Shown here: positions 9,429-18,721 of the stretch, in pieces
How positions within the stretch are numbered: the first letter of the stretch is position 1
How the letters are laid out: every line of letters starts with the position of its first letter
Origin: Thermoplasmatota archaeon
Lineage (GTDB): Archaea; Thermoplasmatota; E2; DHVEG-1
Reading direction: 5' to 3'
NCBI GenBank assembly: GCA_041550515.1
Contig: JBFEOQ010000005.1
Location: forward strand, 1-50,746
DNA length: 50,746 nt
The notes under the pieces: generated by a model
The model's input: only the letters and a program-made list of their open reading frames with translations
Told to the model about the DNA's origin: nothing
The model's database searches: none
Position numbers and translations under genes: made by a program

Positions 9429-11066
9429 TTATTGATGTAAAAATTCTGTTTCTATTTCAAACGCAATAATTGGATGTTCAAGTGAAAAATTTAAAATCGT
9501 CTTGGGATGCAGTTCACCAAAGAAACCTACATTTTTATTTTTAATAATTACAGCTGCACATCGCCCTTCTACAAAACCAGGATGATCAAAATCTCTAATA
9601 TCATAATGAATACCTATATCTCTCATAATTGCTTCAACAAATGATTTACATTCAGTAAAATTTGCTTTAGCATCAATTTTTACAAAACCTAATTTATATT
9701 GATTTTTGAAATCTTGATTGACCACTATTCCTAGTTCAAAAATCTGTTGAGGTAATGCATGATGTCTATTTTCCTTCAAAATTTTTAATAGAGAAGAAAT
9801 AAGATTTACACGTAAACATGAAAACTCCTCACTTATTGGGTTTTTAATTTCAACAGCTATTTCTTTTTTCTTTCCTATTTTTTCGAATTCATCTTTATCG
9901 TTAATGATGGTAAAAGTTGTAACTTCGTTAAAACCTAAACCTATCATTATATTTCTAAGTGTATCATAGAAATTTTGATACTTTAATTTTTTACCAAATG
10001 TCAAAGATTTTGGAAAATTAGATTCAAAGTTATTATAACCAAAACCTTTTGCAACATCTTCTATAATATCAATTTCATGAAGAATATCTGCCCGATAAGC
10101 TGGTATAAATACATTAAGATGATTTCCTGATTTTTCAAGACAGTTATAACCCATTATCTGTAAAGATTTTATTACTTCTTTTGCATTAAGATTTATTCCA
10201 AGAATCTTATTTACATATTCTAATGACAAATTCATTTTTAAAGGATCAAGTCTTGGTGCTATAAACCTATCATTTCCATCTATTACAGTTGTTGAAAATA
10301 TCTGCCCACCACGTTCTGCAAGAGCTGTAATAACTATATTAAGTGCGTAATTTATTGCATTTTTATCATTACCTGTAACATCGATAAAAAGATTAGTTGT
10401 AAAAGGAGTAACTTCAGTTAAACTACCATTGATAATAGGTGGATATGAAAGAACATTGTTATTTATATCAATAATCAATGGATGCTTATCAAATCCTGCA
10501 ATAAGATGTGCATAATCTATACCTTTTTCATGTTTCTTAAGTATCTGTCGAAGAGTCATTGACTCTACTTTATTCAAAGGAACAAATTGTACTGAATCAG
10601 GATCGACAGCTTTATACATAAAAGGAGGGTTAACAGGTTCAAAATTATGTACACCAATTGCAACTTTTTTACGGTTTCGACCTAAACCCATATGCAATTT
10701 TTCTTGTAGTTCCATTAAAGACGAAATTAACTCATCAGTCATAACAATATTTTTAACAAGAGCTGTCACAACAAAAGGTCTAACTTTTTTAACACTAGGA
10801 TCAACATTAATAATAATATTTGATCTTTTAACAGAATATTCTTTTAAACCGACCTTAAAATTAAAAAAAGCACGAGATGCTCGTGCAATTCCTTCAACAG
10901 ATGCTAGATCAGGTCTATCCGGGAAAAACTCTATACTGATTTCATCGTTCTCTACTCTATCAAGATCTGCACCTATCATAGGTAGTTTTTTAAGTAATTC
11001 TTTTTTTGATAAATTATATCCTAATAAATTTAGAAAATCATTATAGTTAAATGTTACAACTGGCAT
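9429..11066 (-). CDS. pheT: Phenylalanine--tRNA ligase beta subunit (archaeal type)
   Basis: 545 aa. N-terminal B3/4 and B5 domain-like sequence and overall length are typical of archaeal PheT. Confidence 0.88.
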   Translation of the reverse strand: MPVVTFNYNDFLNLLGYNLSKKELLKKLPMIGADLDRVENDEISIEFFPDRPDLASVEGIARASRAFFNFKVGLKEYSVKRSNIIINVDPSVKKVRPFVVTALVKNIVMTDELISSLMELQEKLHMGLGRNRKKVAIGVHNFEPVNPPFMYKAVDPDSVQFVPLNKVESMTLRQILKKHEKGIDYAHLIAGFDKHPLIIDINNNVLSYPPIINGSLTEVTPFTTNLFIDVTGNDKNAINYALNIVITALAERGGQIFSTTVIDGNDRFIAPRLDPLKMNLSLEYVNKILGINLNAKEVIKSLQIMGYNCLEKSGNHLNVFIPAYRADILHEIDIIEDVAKGFGYNNFESNFPKSLTFGKKLKYQNFYDTLRNIMIGLGFNEVTTFTIINDKDEFEKIGKKKEIAVEIKNPISEEFSCLRVNLISSLLKILKENRHHALPQQIFELGIVVNQDFKNQYKLGFVKIDAKANFTECKSFVEAIMRDIGIHYDIRDFDHPGFVEGRCAAVIIKNKNVGFFGELHPKTILNFSLEHPIIAFEIETEFLHQ

Positions 11067-11154
11067 AAGATGGTAAATATTTTTTTTATTTATTTTATTT
11101 TGGTAAAAACTTATAAAAAAGGTTTAATTTTAGAATATAATAAAGGAATCAAAA

Positions 11155-11802
11155 ATGAATAAATATAAACTGGTAATGTTTGACATGGATGGTACAATTC
11201 TAAAGGATAGAGGAATCTTTGTTATCGCTGAAAAACTAGGATTTTATAATGAACTTTTAAGTTATTTTAAAAACAAAAAAAAAATACCTTTTTATAAAAA
11301 ATCTATAGAAATTGCTACACTATGCAAAGGTTTTGATAAAGATGAATTTCTAAATATTTTTCGTAAAATACCTTTACAAGATAATGCATACAATATTATT
11401 AAAAATTTAAAAAAGAAGAGAATTAAAATCGCAATTGCAACAGATAGCTATATGTTTCTTGCACAAGATCTGAAAAAAAGATTAAAAATTGATTTTATTT
11501 TTGGAAATAATCTCTTAACAAACAATGGCACTATAACTGGAGATATTGAAATCAGTAATAAAAATCTTATAAGTGATATAACAGGTAATATCTATTCAAT
11601 TTGTAAAGAACAAGAATTAAAAAACCTTTGTAAGAAATTAAACATATCTATCAATGATTCCATTGCAGTTGGGGATGGAATAGTTGATATTGGTATGATT
11701 AAAAATGCAGGTTTGGGTATAGCATTCCGTGCACCTGGTAAAGTAAATAAATATGCGGATATTGTAACACGTGACTTGAGCATAATACTTGATTACATCT
11801 GA
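11155..11802 (+). CDS. HAD-superfamily hydrolase, phosphoserine-phosphatase-like (SerB family)
   Basis: 215 aa. DxDxT motif (FDMDGTIL) and C-terminal VGDGIVDIGMIKNAGLGIAF motif as in SerB-type HAD enzymes. Confidence 0.7.
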   Translation: MNKYKLVMFDMDGTILKDRGIFVIAEKLGFYNELLSYFKNKKKIPFYKKSIEIATLCKGFDKDEFLNIFRKIPLQDNAYNIIKNLKKKRIKIAIATDSYMFLAQDLKKRLKIDFIFGNNLLTNNGTITGDIEISNKNLISDITGNIYSICKEQELKNLCKKLNISINDSIAVGDGIVDIGMIKNAGLGIAFRAPGKVNKYADIVTRDLSIILDYI

Positions 11803-11879
11803 AGGAAATATTGTTAATTTAAACTTTATAAAAAAAATCCAAACCTCATCATTAAATAAAAACAAAAAGGATGTAAAAA

Positions 11880-12482
11880 ATGAAAATTTATTGTATAGCA
11901 GATATACATGGTTCACAGTATCGTCTAAATATTATCTTAAAAAATATAAATATACACCAGCCCGATCTTGTAGTTGTATGTGGTGATATAACTCAATTTG
12001 GACCTGGAGATGTAGCTACAAATTTATTAAATCAGATACCCGTTGAGACTATGGCAATAACAGGGAATATTGATTCACCTGATGTAAAAATTGGAATAGA
12101 TAATAGCAAAGCCACAAAAATAGAACTTAAAAAAGTAGTAAAAAAAGATATATCTTTTGTTGGTTTAAGTGGAATAAACATTAATGAATTTAAAGCTATT
12201 GAAGAAAAAAAAATGATTGATGAAAAAACTATACTAGTTACCCACGTACCACCTTTTAACACCAAGGATAAAATATTCATTGGATTACGTGGTGGAAGTA
12301 AAGATCTCCGCGAGTTAGTTGATAAATTTAAACCAAGACTTGTATTAAGTGGTCATATCCACGAAGATCCTGGATATATAAAAAGGAATAATACAATATT
12401 TGTAAATTGTAGCATGGGAAAACGTGGTGAAGGGGCATTTATAAAAATAAATAAAAAAATATCAGTAACAATGCTTAAATAA
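11880..12482 (+). CDS. Calcineurin-like metallophosphoesterase
   Basis: 200 aa. ADIHG, CGDITQFG, GNID and SGHIHE metal-ligand motifs appear in canonical order. Confidence 0.75.
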   Translation: MKIYCIADIHGSQYRLNIILKNINIHQPDLVVVCGDITQFGPGDVATNLLNQIPVETMAITGNIDSPDVKIGIDNSKATKIELKKVVKKDISFVGLSGININEFKAIEEKKMIDEKTILVTHVPPFNTKDKIFIGLRGGSKDLRELVDKFKPRLVLSGHIHEDPGYIKRNNTIFVNCSMGKRGEGAFIKINKKISVTMLK

Positions 12483-12652
12483 AATTTAAAGTATGATTAA
12501 GAGTCTTAAATTGCAGACACTTATATACACTTTTAAACAAATTGAAGCTGAATAACCATATTTGTTATAAAATCTAGAGTTGAATCTTAAAAAACCTAAA
12601 ATTCATATAATAAATTTAGATTATAAATTTTCAAAATGGAAAAGGTTAACAA

Positions 12653-13663
12653 TTGATAAAAGTTGAGATTATCGGAGGAAGTCTAAGCGGTTTAAGCACT
12701 GCAATATCTATTAAAGAATATAATAAATCTATTGATGTAGTTGTTTATGAAAAAAATAAAAAAATAGGCTATAATCATGAAGGACGTAGATGCGGTGAAG
12801 CTCATTCAATAGAAAAAGAATGGAGTAAATGGATTCCAGAAAAAAATAGCTATTATAATAAAATTAAAACTGGGTTAGTATACTTAGGAGATAAAAAACA
12901 TAGATATACTACTAAACCAGGAACTGGATATATTTTAAATAAACAAGAGTTTATCTGTCAACTTGCAAGAAAAGCAGAAAAATTAGGTGTAATAATTCAA
13001 ACAGATCATAAAATAAAATCAAAAGATGATCTTAATTCCGATTACATAGTTGATGCATCTGGATGTCCTAGTACAATTAAAAGAGAACTAAAATTAAATA
13101 AAGGTTTAAAAGGTGTATCTTATCAACAAACAATTGAAGACTCCAATTGTTTTATCTCTGATACAATAAAAATTTATTATATTGGTGAATTTGGGTATTA
13201 CTGGATTTTTCCAAGAAACCCTGATAAAAAAGAAGTTAACATCGGTATAGGTTTTATAAAAAATTTTGGTTATAATCTAAAAAATCTTTTAGAGGATTTT
13301 AAAATAAATCAAAATATTACAGGTAAAGTAAATTATATTACAGGCGGCTTGATACCTATTGGACTTCAACGACCTTTTAAGTATAATAATATTTTATTTG
13401 TTGGAGATGCCTCAGCAGGTACTTTTCCACCTACAGGTCAAGGTAATTATCGTGCATTATTGAGTGGTGATGTAGCAGGTAAATGTATAGCTTTTAATCA
13501 AGTTAATAAATATCCATATATGTTATATAAGATGTTTATAAAATGGGATGTAATATGTAAAATATTCACAACAACAAATCTTATCTGCAGAAATATAAAT
13601 CCAGATCTAGTTATAAAAAATTTTGAGTATTTAATTAAATTTGGGGTAAGAATTTTACATTGA
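12653..13663 (+). CDS. Geranylgeranyl-reductase-family FAD-dependent oxidoreductase (paralog 1)
   Basis: 336 aa from a TTG start. Shows an N-terminal dinucleotide-binding GGSLSG, an RCGEA motif and FVGDASAGTFPPTGQG. Shorter than typical GGRs. Confidence 0.65.
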   Translation: MIKVEIIGGSLSGLSTAISIKEYNKSIDVVVYEKNKKIGYNHEGRRCGEAHSIEKEWSKWIPEKNSYYNKIKTGLVYLGDKKHRYTTKPGTGYILNKQEFICQLARKAEKLGVIIQTDHKIKSKDDLNSDYIVDASGCPSTIKRELKLNKGLKGVSYQQTIEDSNCFISDTIKIYYIGEFGYYWIFPRNPDKKEVNIGIGFIKNFGYNLKNLLEDFKINQNITGKVNYITGGLIPIGLQRPFKYNNILFVGDASAGTFPPTGQGNYRALLSGDVAGKCIAFNQVNKYPYMLYKMFIKWDVICKIFTTTNLICRNINPDLVIKNFEYLIKFGVRILH

Positions 13664-13815
13664 AATGAAAATAGTAATAAGAAAAAAACGATATTATTTA
13701 CTCTTAAAAAAATAATTTTAATAAATTAAAATATTATTTTTATCCAATTTATTTTTTATAATAACTTGGAGTAATGTCTAATATAAAATCTTTGAGTATT
13801 ATTAAAATTTTTATT

Positions 13816-14877
13816 TTAATTTAAAACATCTTTAATTTCAGTTATTAAGGTTTCCATCTGATGTTTTGTTCCCACTGCTATTCTTAAACAACCACTTAGC
13901 ATAGGAAGATTAGAAACATTATTAACTAATATATTTTTTTCTTTTAAATTCTTAAAAATAACATCCAGGTCTTCACCAAAATTAGCAATTATAAAATTTG
14001 CATCAGAAGAATAAGTTTTAACACCAATTTTATTTAATTCATTAATTAGATAGCTTCGATTATCTCTAACAAGATTTACATAATGATTTACGAAATCCAA
14101 ATCATCAAGTGCTGCTGAACCTGCAATAATACTCAAACCATTTACTTCATAAGGTAAAACTATTTTCTTAAGGTTATTGATAACATTTTCATTAGAAATG
14201 ATATAACCAAGTCTAACACCTGCAAGACCAAAAACTTTTGAAAAAGTCTGAACAATGATAAGATTATTATAATTATTTATTAAATCTTTACAGCTTTTAT
14301 TGCTAAATTGAAAATATGCTTCATCAACTAAAACAATAGAATTTTTTCCCTTTTCTAAAATCCTAATTATAGACTCTCTTTCAACTATAGTCCCAGTGGG
14401 ATTATTAGGATTAACAATAGCTATCATCTTAGTTTTATTATCTATTTTTTCAAGTATATCTTCAACAGGAAAACTTAGATCTTTAGTATAGTTTACTATA
14501 ATCTTTTCTGCACCAATTATTTCTGAATAGGATTCAAAAATATAAAAAGTTGGAATAGGTATAATTATTCTATCGCCTTTATCAAGATAAGTATCCATTA
14601 TAATTCTAAGTGCTTCATCTGCTCCATTCGTAAGCAATAAATTATTTGTTTCTAAGTTTAAATATAATGCAAGTTTATCAATAAAAGTATCATATTCTGG
14701 ATACATAGATATTTCATCACATGTTATTTTTTTTATAGCTTCAATAACTTTAAGCGAACAACCCATTAGATTTTCATTTAAATCTAATTTAATTTTGTCT
14801 TTTCTATTATTATTTAAATGTAATTTTTTAACAGTACCTTGTAGAGTAGATTTCGGTTTTACAACAATTTTTTTCAT
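13816..14877 (-). CDS. hisC: Histidinol-phosphate aminotransferase-like class II aminotransferase
   Basis: 353 aa. NPNNPTG and SKVFGLAGVRLGY (PLP lysine) motifs. Confidence 0.8.
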   Translation of the reverse strand: MKKIVVKPKSTLQGTVKKLHLNNNRKDKIKLDLNENLMGCSLKVIEAIKKITCDEISMYPEYDTFIDKLALYLNLETNNLLLTNGADEALRIIMDTYLDKGDRIIIPIPTFYIFESYSEIIGAEKIIVNYTKDLSFPVEDILEKIDNKTKMIAIVNPNNPTGTIVERESIIRILEKGKNSIVLVDEAYFQFSNKSCKDLINNYNNLIIVQTFSKVFGLAGVRLGYIISNENVINNLKKIVLPYEVNGLSIIAGSAALDDLDFVNHYVNLVRDNRSYLINELNKIGVKTYSSDANFIIANFGEDLDVIFKNLKEKNILVNNVSNLPMLSGCLRIAVGTKHQMETLITEIKDVLN

Positions 14878-15001
14878 TTCTTAAGGTTAAACAAAATAGT
14901 AATTTATCAATGTTTTTGTTTATTAAATTAATAATGTAAAAATATTTAGAAGATGATTTTATACAGGTATCTCAGAATAATAATATTTAAGGGGAATTTA
15001 T

Positions 15002-16525
15002 ATGACAATTGTTATAGATGGTTCAAATCTAACAATTGAAAAACTAGTACAGGTTGCTAGAAACTTCGAAGAAATAAAACTACATCCTGATGCTATAAAA
15101 CGAATTAAAAAATGTAGAGATCTTCTTGATAAAAAGATAAAATCAAAAGAAATTATGTATGGTGTTAATACGGGAATTGGAGAATTCTCAGAAGTAGTTT
15201 TATCTGACCACCAAATTAAAAAATTCCAGAAATATTTAGTTTATAATCATGCAGCGGGAATAGGAGATCCTGCCCCAATAGAACATGTCCGTGGAGCGAT
15301 GCTTTCACGAGTTAATGTTCATGCTCATGGACAAAGCGGTTGTAGACTTGAAATAACACAAACTCTTGTTAAGATGATTAATAAGAATGTTACTCCTTTT
15401 ATTTGTCAGAAAGGCTCAGTCGGTGCTTGTGGAGATTTAGCACCAATGTCACAAATTGCACTTTTAATGCTTGGAGAGGGAAAAGCATATTACCGAGGAA
15501 AATTGTATAATGGAAAAGAAGCCATGAAAAAAGCAGGAATTCCTATCCCTGGTTTACAAGCAAGAGACGGACTTTCAATAATCAATGGTTGTAATGTACT
15601 TACTGCTATGAGCGCGATTTTATTATACGATGCTAACAATTTTTTTAAACAAGCAGAAATTGCTGCATCAATGAGCTTGGAAGCATTAAAAGCAAATATG
15701 AAGCCATATGCTCCAAAGTTACATAAAGCGCGTGGTTATCCAGGAGCAATACGAAGTGCTAAAGCTATATGTAAACTTGTAAAAGATGGAGATCTTCAGA
15801 AAGAGAAAATTAAAAGTAAAGTACAAGATGCTTATTCAATGCGTTCAACTCCACAAGTGATCGGTACTGCACACGATGCTCTTAATTGGGCTAAACAACA
15901 AGTTGAAATAGAGTTAAATGGTGTTGGTGACAACCCAGTATTTTTCCCTAAAGAAAATTTACAATTATCAGGAGCAAATTTCCAAGGATCACCTATAGGT
16001 CTTCCAATGGATATGGTGGGAATTGCTATAACTATGGTATGTATTTTAAGTGAAAGACGTATGAATCGGTTAAATAATCCATCGCTAAGTGTTGGATTAC
16101 CAGCTTTTTTAACAAAAGGCGCTGGAATGTTTTCAGGTTTAATGCTTAGCCAATATACTGCGGATCATTTAATTGTTGAGCAAAGAATACTTTCAAATCC
16201 CGGATCTATACAAAGTATTCCTGCTGCAGCTGACCAAGAAGATTTTGTAAGTATGGCTATGAATACAGCTATTAAAAACCAACAAATTTTAGATAATGCG
16301 TATGGTATTCTTGGTATTGAATTCATGGCTGCTGCACAAGCACTAGATTTTCGTAATTATAAATTTGGAAAGGGTGTAGCAAAAGCAAAAGAAGTAATTC
16401 GTCGACATATAAAGTTTTTAGATGAAGATAGACCACTTTATCCAGATCATACAAAAATGAAGGAAATTGTTAAATCTTGTGAAATACTTAATGAAGTTGA
16501 AAAAGTTATAGGTAATCTAGAATAA
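15002..16525 (+). CDS. hutH: Histidine ammonia-lyase (MIO enzyme) with Ala-Cys-Gly instead of Ala-Ser-Gly
   Basis: 507 aa. YGVNTGIG, GSVGACGDLAP, SIINGCN and QDAYSMR motifs. SD-like AAGGGGA lies upstream. Confidence 0.9.
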   Translation: MTIVIDGSNLTIEKLVQVARNFEEIKLHPDAIKRIKKCRDLLDKKIKSKEIMYGVNTGIGEFSEVVLSDHQIKKFQKYLVYNHAAGIGDPAPIEHVRGAMLSRVNVHAHGQSGCRLEITQTLVKMINKNVTPFICQKGSVGACGDLAPMSQIALLMLGEGKAYYRGKLYNGKEAMKKAGIPIPGLQARDGLSIINGCNVLTAMSAILLYDANNFFKQAEIAASMSLEALKANMKPYAPKLHKARGYPGAIRSAKAICKLVKDGDLQKEKIKSKVQDAYSMRSTPQVIGTAHDALNWAKQQVEIELNGVGDNPVFFPKENLQLSGANFQGSPIGLPMDMVGIAITMVCILSERRMNRLNNPSLSVGLPAFLTKGAGMFSGLMLSQYTADHLIVEQRILSNPGSIQSIPAAADQEDFVSMAMNTAIKNQQILDNAYGILGIEFMAAAQALDFRNYKFGKGVAKAKEVIRRHIKFLDEDRPLYPDHTKMKEIVKSCEILNEVEKVIGNLE

Positions 16526-16531
16526 AAATAT

Positions 16532-18181
16532 TCATTTTATCATTGGTAGATTTAAATCTGTTTTTTTTATAACAGTTAATGCTTCATTATAACCTGCATC
16601 TGCATGTCGTACTACACCAATACCAGGGTCTGTTTTAAACACTCTTTTAATTCTTTCATCTGTGTTTTCAGTTCCATCACAGACAACCACCATACCTGCA
16701 TGAGTACTTAGACCAATTCCTACTCCACCACCATTATGGATTTGCACACTATCTGCACCAGCTGCACAATTTAATAGTGCATTTAATAATGGCCAATCCG
16801 CAATAACATCACTACCATCTTTCATACTTTCAGTTTCACGATATGGCGATGCAACACTTCCGCTATCAAGATGATCTCGAGTTATTGCAATAGGTCCAAT
16901 TTCACCTTTTTTTACCATCTGATTAATTTTCAATGCGAATTTATCACGTTCACCATAACCTAGCCAGCAAACACGTGCAGGTAATCCTTCCCATGGTAAA
17001 AATTTTTCAGCGAGTTTAATCCAATTGCATAAAATATCATCTTTTGGAAACATTTCAATAACTGCTTTATCGGTTTTTATTATATCATCTGGATTTCCTG
17101 ATAGAGCTAACCATCTAAATGGACCTCTACCTATTGCAAGCATCGGCCTAATATATGATGGTACAAAACCAGGGTAGTTAAAAGCATTTTTTAAACCTGC
17201 CTTAAATGCTTGTCCACGTAGATTATTACCATAATCAAAAACAACTGTACCATTTTTCATAAAATCAAGCATTGATTTGCAATGAAATTTAATACTTTGC
17301 ATTGATTTTTTAATATAATCTTTAGGTTGATTTTTTCTTAGTAAATATGCTTCCTTTAAATTATCACCATAAAAACCTGATGGAATATAACCATTTAATT
17401 CATCATGAGCACTAGTTTGATCTGTTACAACATCAGGATTAAAACTATCTTTAACTAAGTTGGGTAAAATATCTGCACAATTTCCAAGAACAGCTATTGC
17501 CAAAGCTTGCTCTTTTGTTTTTGCATTTTGAGAAAGATATATTGCATCATTTATATCTTTAATTTTCTTATCACAAAAACCCGCTTTTAATCTTCTATCA
17601 ATCCGGTTTTCATCACACTCTATAGCAATACATATACCACCTGCCATTTTAACAGCAAGTGGTTGTGCACCACCCATTCCACCTAAACCACCAGTTAAAA
17701 CAATTTTTCCTTTGAGATTACTATTAAAATGTTTTTTTGCACAAGCTGAAAAAGTCTCATAGGTTCCCTGAATTATTCCTTGAGTTCCAATATAACACCA
17801 TGATCCTGCAGTCATCTGACCATACATTATAAGACCTAGTCTTTCAAGTTCATTAAAATTTTCCCATGTGCTCCAATGCGGTACAATATTGGAATTTGCC
17901 ATTACAACCCGTGGTGAGTTAACCCAAGTTTTAAAAACAGCAACAGGTTTACCAGATTGAATGACCAATGTTTCATCATTTTCAAGTTTTTTTAATGTAT
18001 CAACAATTTTTTTATAACAATCCCAATTCCGAGCAGCTTTACCTGTACCTCCATAAACAATTAATTCCTCTGGAATCTCTGCATTTTCTAAATTATTTTC
18101 AAGCATACGGAGAATAGCTTCTTGTTTCCAACCTTTACACCTGACATCCATACCTATTTTAGCCTTTATTTTAATCTTCAT
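16532..18181 (-). CDS. hutU: Urocanate hydratase
   Basis: The ORF track gives 16532..18265. I place the start at the internal Met (MKIKIKAKIGMDVRCKGWKQEA...) because the first 28 codons run through a GC-rich structured element. Family motifs present include YGGTGKAARNW and GGLGGMGGAQP. Confidence 0.88.
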   Translation of the reverse strand: MKIKIKAKIGMDVRCKGWKQEAILRMLENNLENAEIPEELIVYGGTGKAARNWDCYKKIVDTLKKLENDETLVIQSGKPVAVFKTWVNSPRVVMANSNIVPHWSTWENFNELERLGLIMYGQMTAGSWCYIGTQGIIQGTYETFSACAKKHFNSNLKGKIVLTGGLGGMGGAQPLAVKMAGGICIAIECDENRIDRRLKAGFCDKKIKDINDAIYLSQNAKTKEQALAIAVLGNCADILPNLVKDSFNPDVVTDQTSAHDELNGYIPSGFYGDNLKEAYLLRKNQPKDYIKKSMQSIKFHCKSMLDFMKNGTVVFDYGNNLRGQAFKAGLKNAFNYPGFVPSYIRPMLAIGRGPFRWLALSGNPDDIIKTDKAVIEMFPKDDILCNWIKLAEKFLPWEGLPARVCWLGYGERDKFALKINQMVKKGEIGPIAITRDHLDSGSVASPYRETESMKDGSDVIADWPLLNALLNCAAGADSVQIHNGGGVGIGLSTHAGMVVVCDGTENTDERIKRVFKTDPGIGVVRHADAGYNEALTVIKKTDLNLPMIK

Positions 18182-18244
18182 AAAAACCAGTTGAATATAT
18201 CTAAAAACTATACTTAAAACTTTTTTTATATAAAGTAGTAAAAA

Positions 18245-18316
18245 GGAAGGATTGGCTGGCCTCACTAGGAGGGGATGGGATGCACTCTAACAAAAACTAC
18301 CAGCCCGATTCCTTCC
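18245..18316. ncRNA. GC-rich structured element E1 (unknown RNA, or terminator-like structure on the minus strand)
   Basis: GGAAGGA-UU-GGCUGG (18245-18259) pairs with CCAGCC-CGAU-UCCUUCC (18300-18316). This stem encloses a hairpin carrying the 18-nt core GGAGGGGATGGGATGCAC (18268-18285), which is identical to 37424-37441. On the minus strand the stem is followed by TTTTT. Confidence 0.3.
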
Positions 18317-18366
18317 ATATATATCAAATAAGTAACACATATATATACATTTCGCTAATCTATTTA

Positions 18367-18582
18367 CTATAAAAGAGAAATACTTACAACATTATTACCA
18401 CGAAGAATAACTGTTCCAAGACGACGTTTATTTTCATTCATAGTTTCTTCTGCATCTGTTAGGACTAAGTTCATATATTCATCATAACCAGTTAATTTTC
18501 CATCTATTACTCGACTATCTTTCAATAATAAGGAAAGTTTTTGATCCATTGCTTTTTCTAGTACATCTAAAGGAAGTGCCAT
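18367..18582 (-). CDS. Sm-like archaeal protein (SmAP/LSm)
   Basis: 71 aa. Sm1 and Sm2 motifs (G.L.G.D.YMNLVL ... ILRGNNVVSI). Confidence 0.9.
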   Translation of the reverse strand: MALPLDVLEKAMDQKLSLLLKDSRVIDGKLTGYDEYMNLVLTDAEETMNENKRRLGTVILRGNNVVSISLL

Positions 18583-18721
18583 GGAAAGGGTGTAATATCT
18601 TACTCTTATTAAAGTATTCTCTTAAATACAAACTAAATTTTATTTAAAAATAATAACAATTAAATGTAATATGTTGATTACCAACTGCTCAAAACAAAAA
18701 AATATGGGAGGTGTTTACCTT

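Noticed and set aside
11638-11986. ORFs 11638..11916 (-), 11592..11783 (-) and 11789..11986 (+) between and over the HAD and phosphoesterase genes
   Set aside because: They overlap better-supported genes or a short spacer and have no motifs.
18182-18265. N-terminal 28-codon extension of hutU given by the ORF track
   Set aside because: The extension (MRPANPSFLLLYIKKVLSIVFRYIQLVF) is not urocanase-like and overlaps the 5' arm of the E1 stem. The internal Met at 18181 gives a normal N-terminus.
18245-18316. E1 as an archaeal H/ACA guide RNA (closing stem, internal pocket, upper hairpin, AUA after the stem)
   Set aside because: The 3' side from the pocket to the ANA box is about 28 nt, against the expected 14-16 nt. 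I also see no convincing K-turn or K-loop (no tandem sheared GA pairs) in the upper hairpin.
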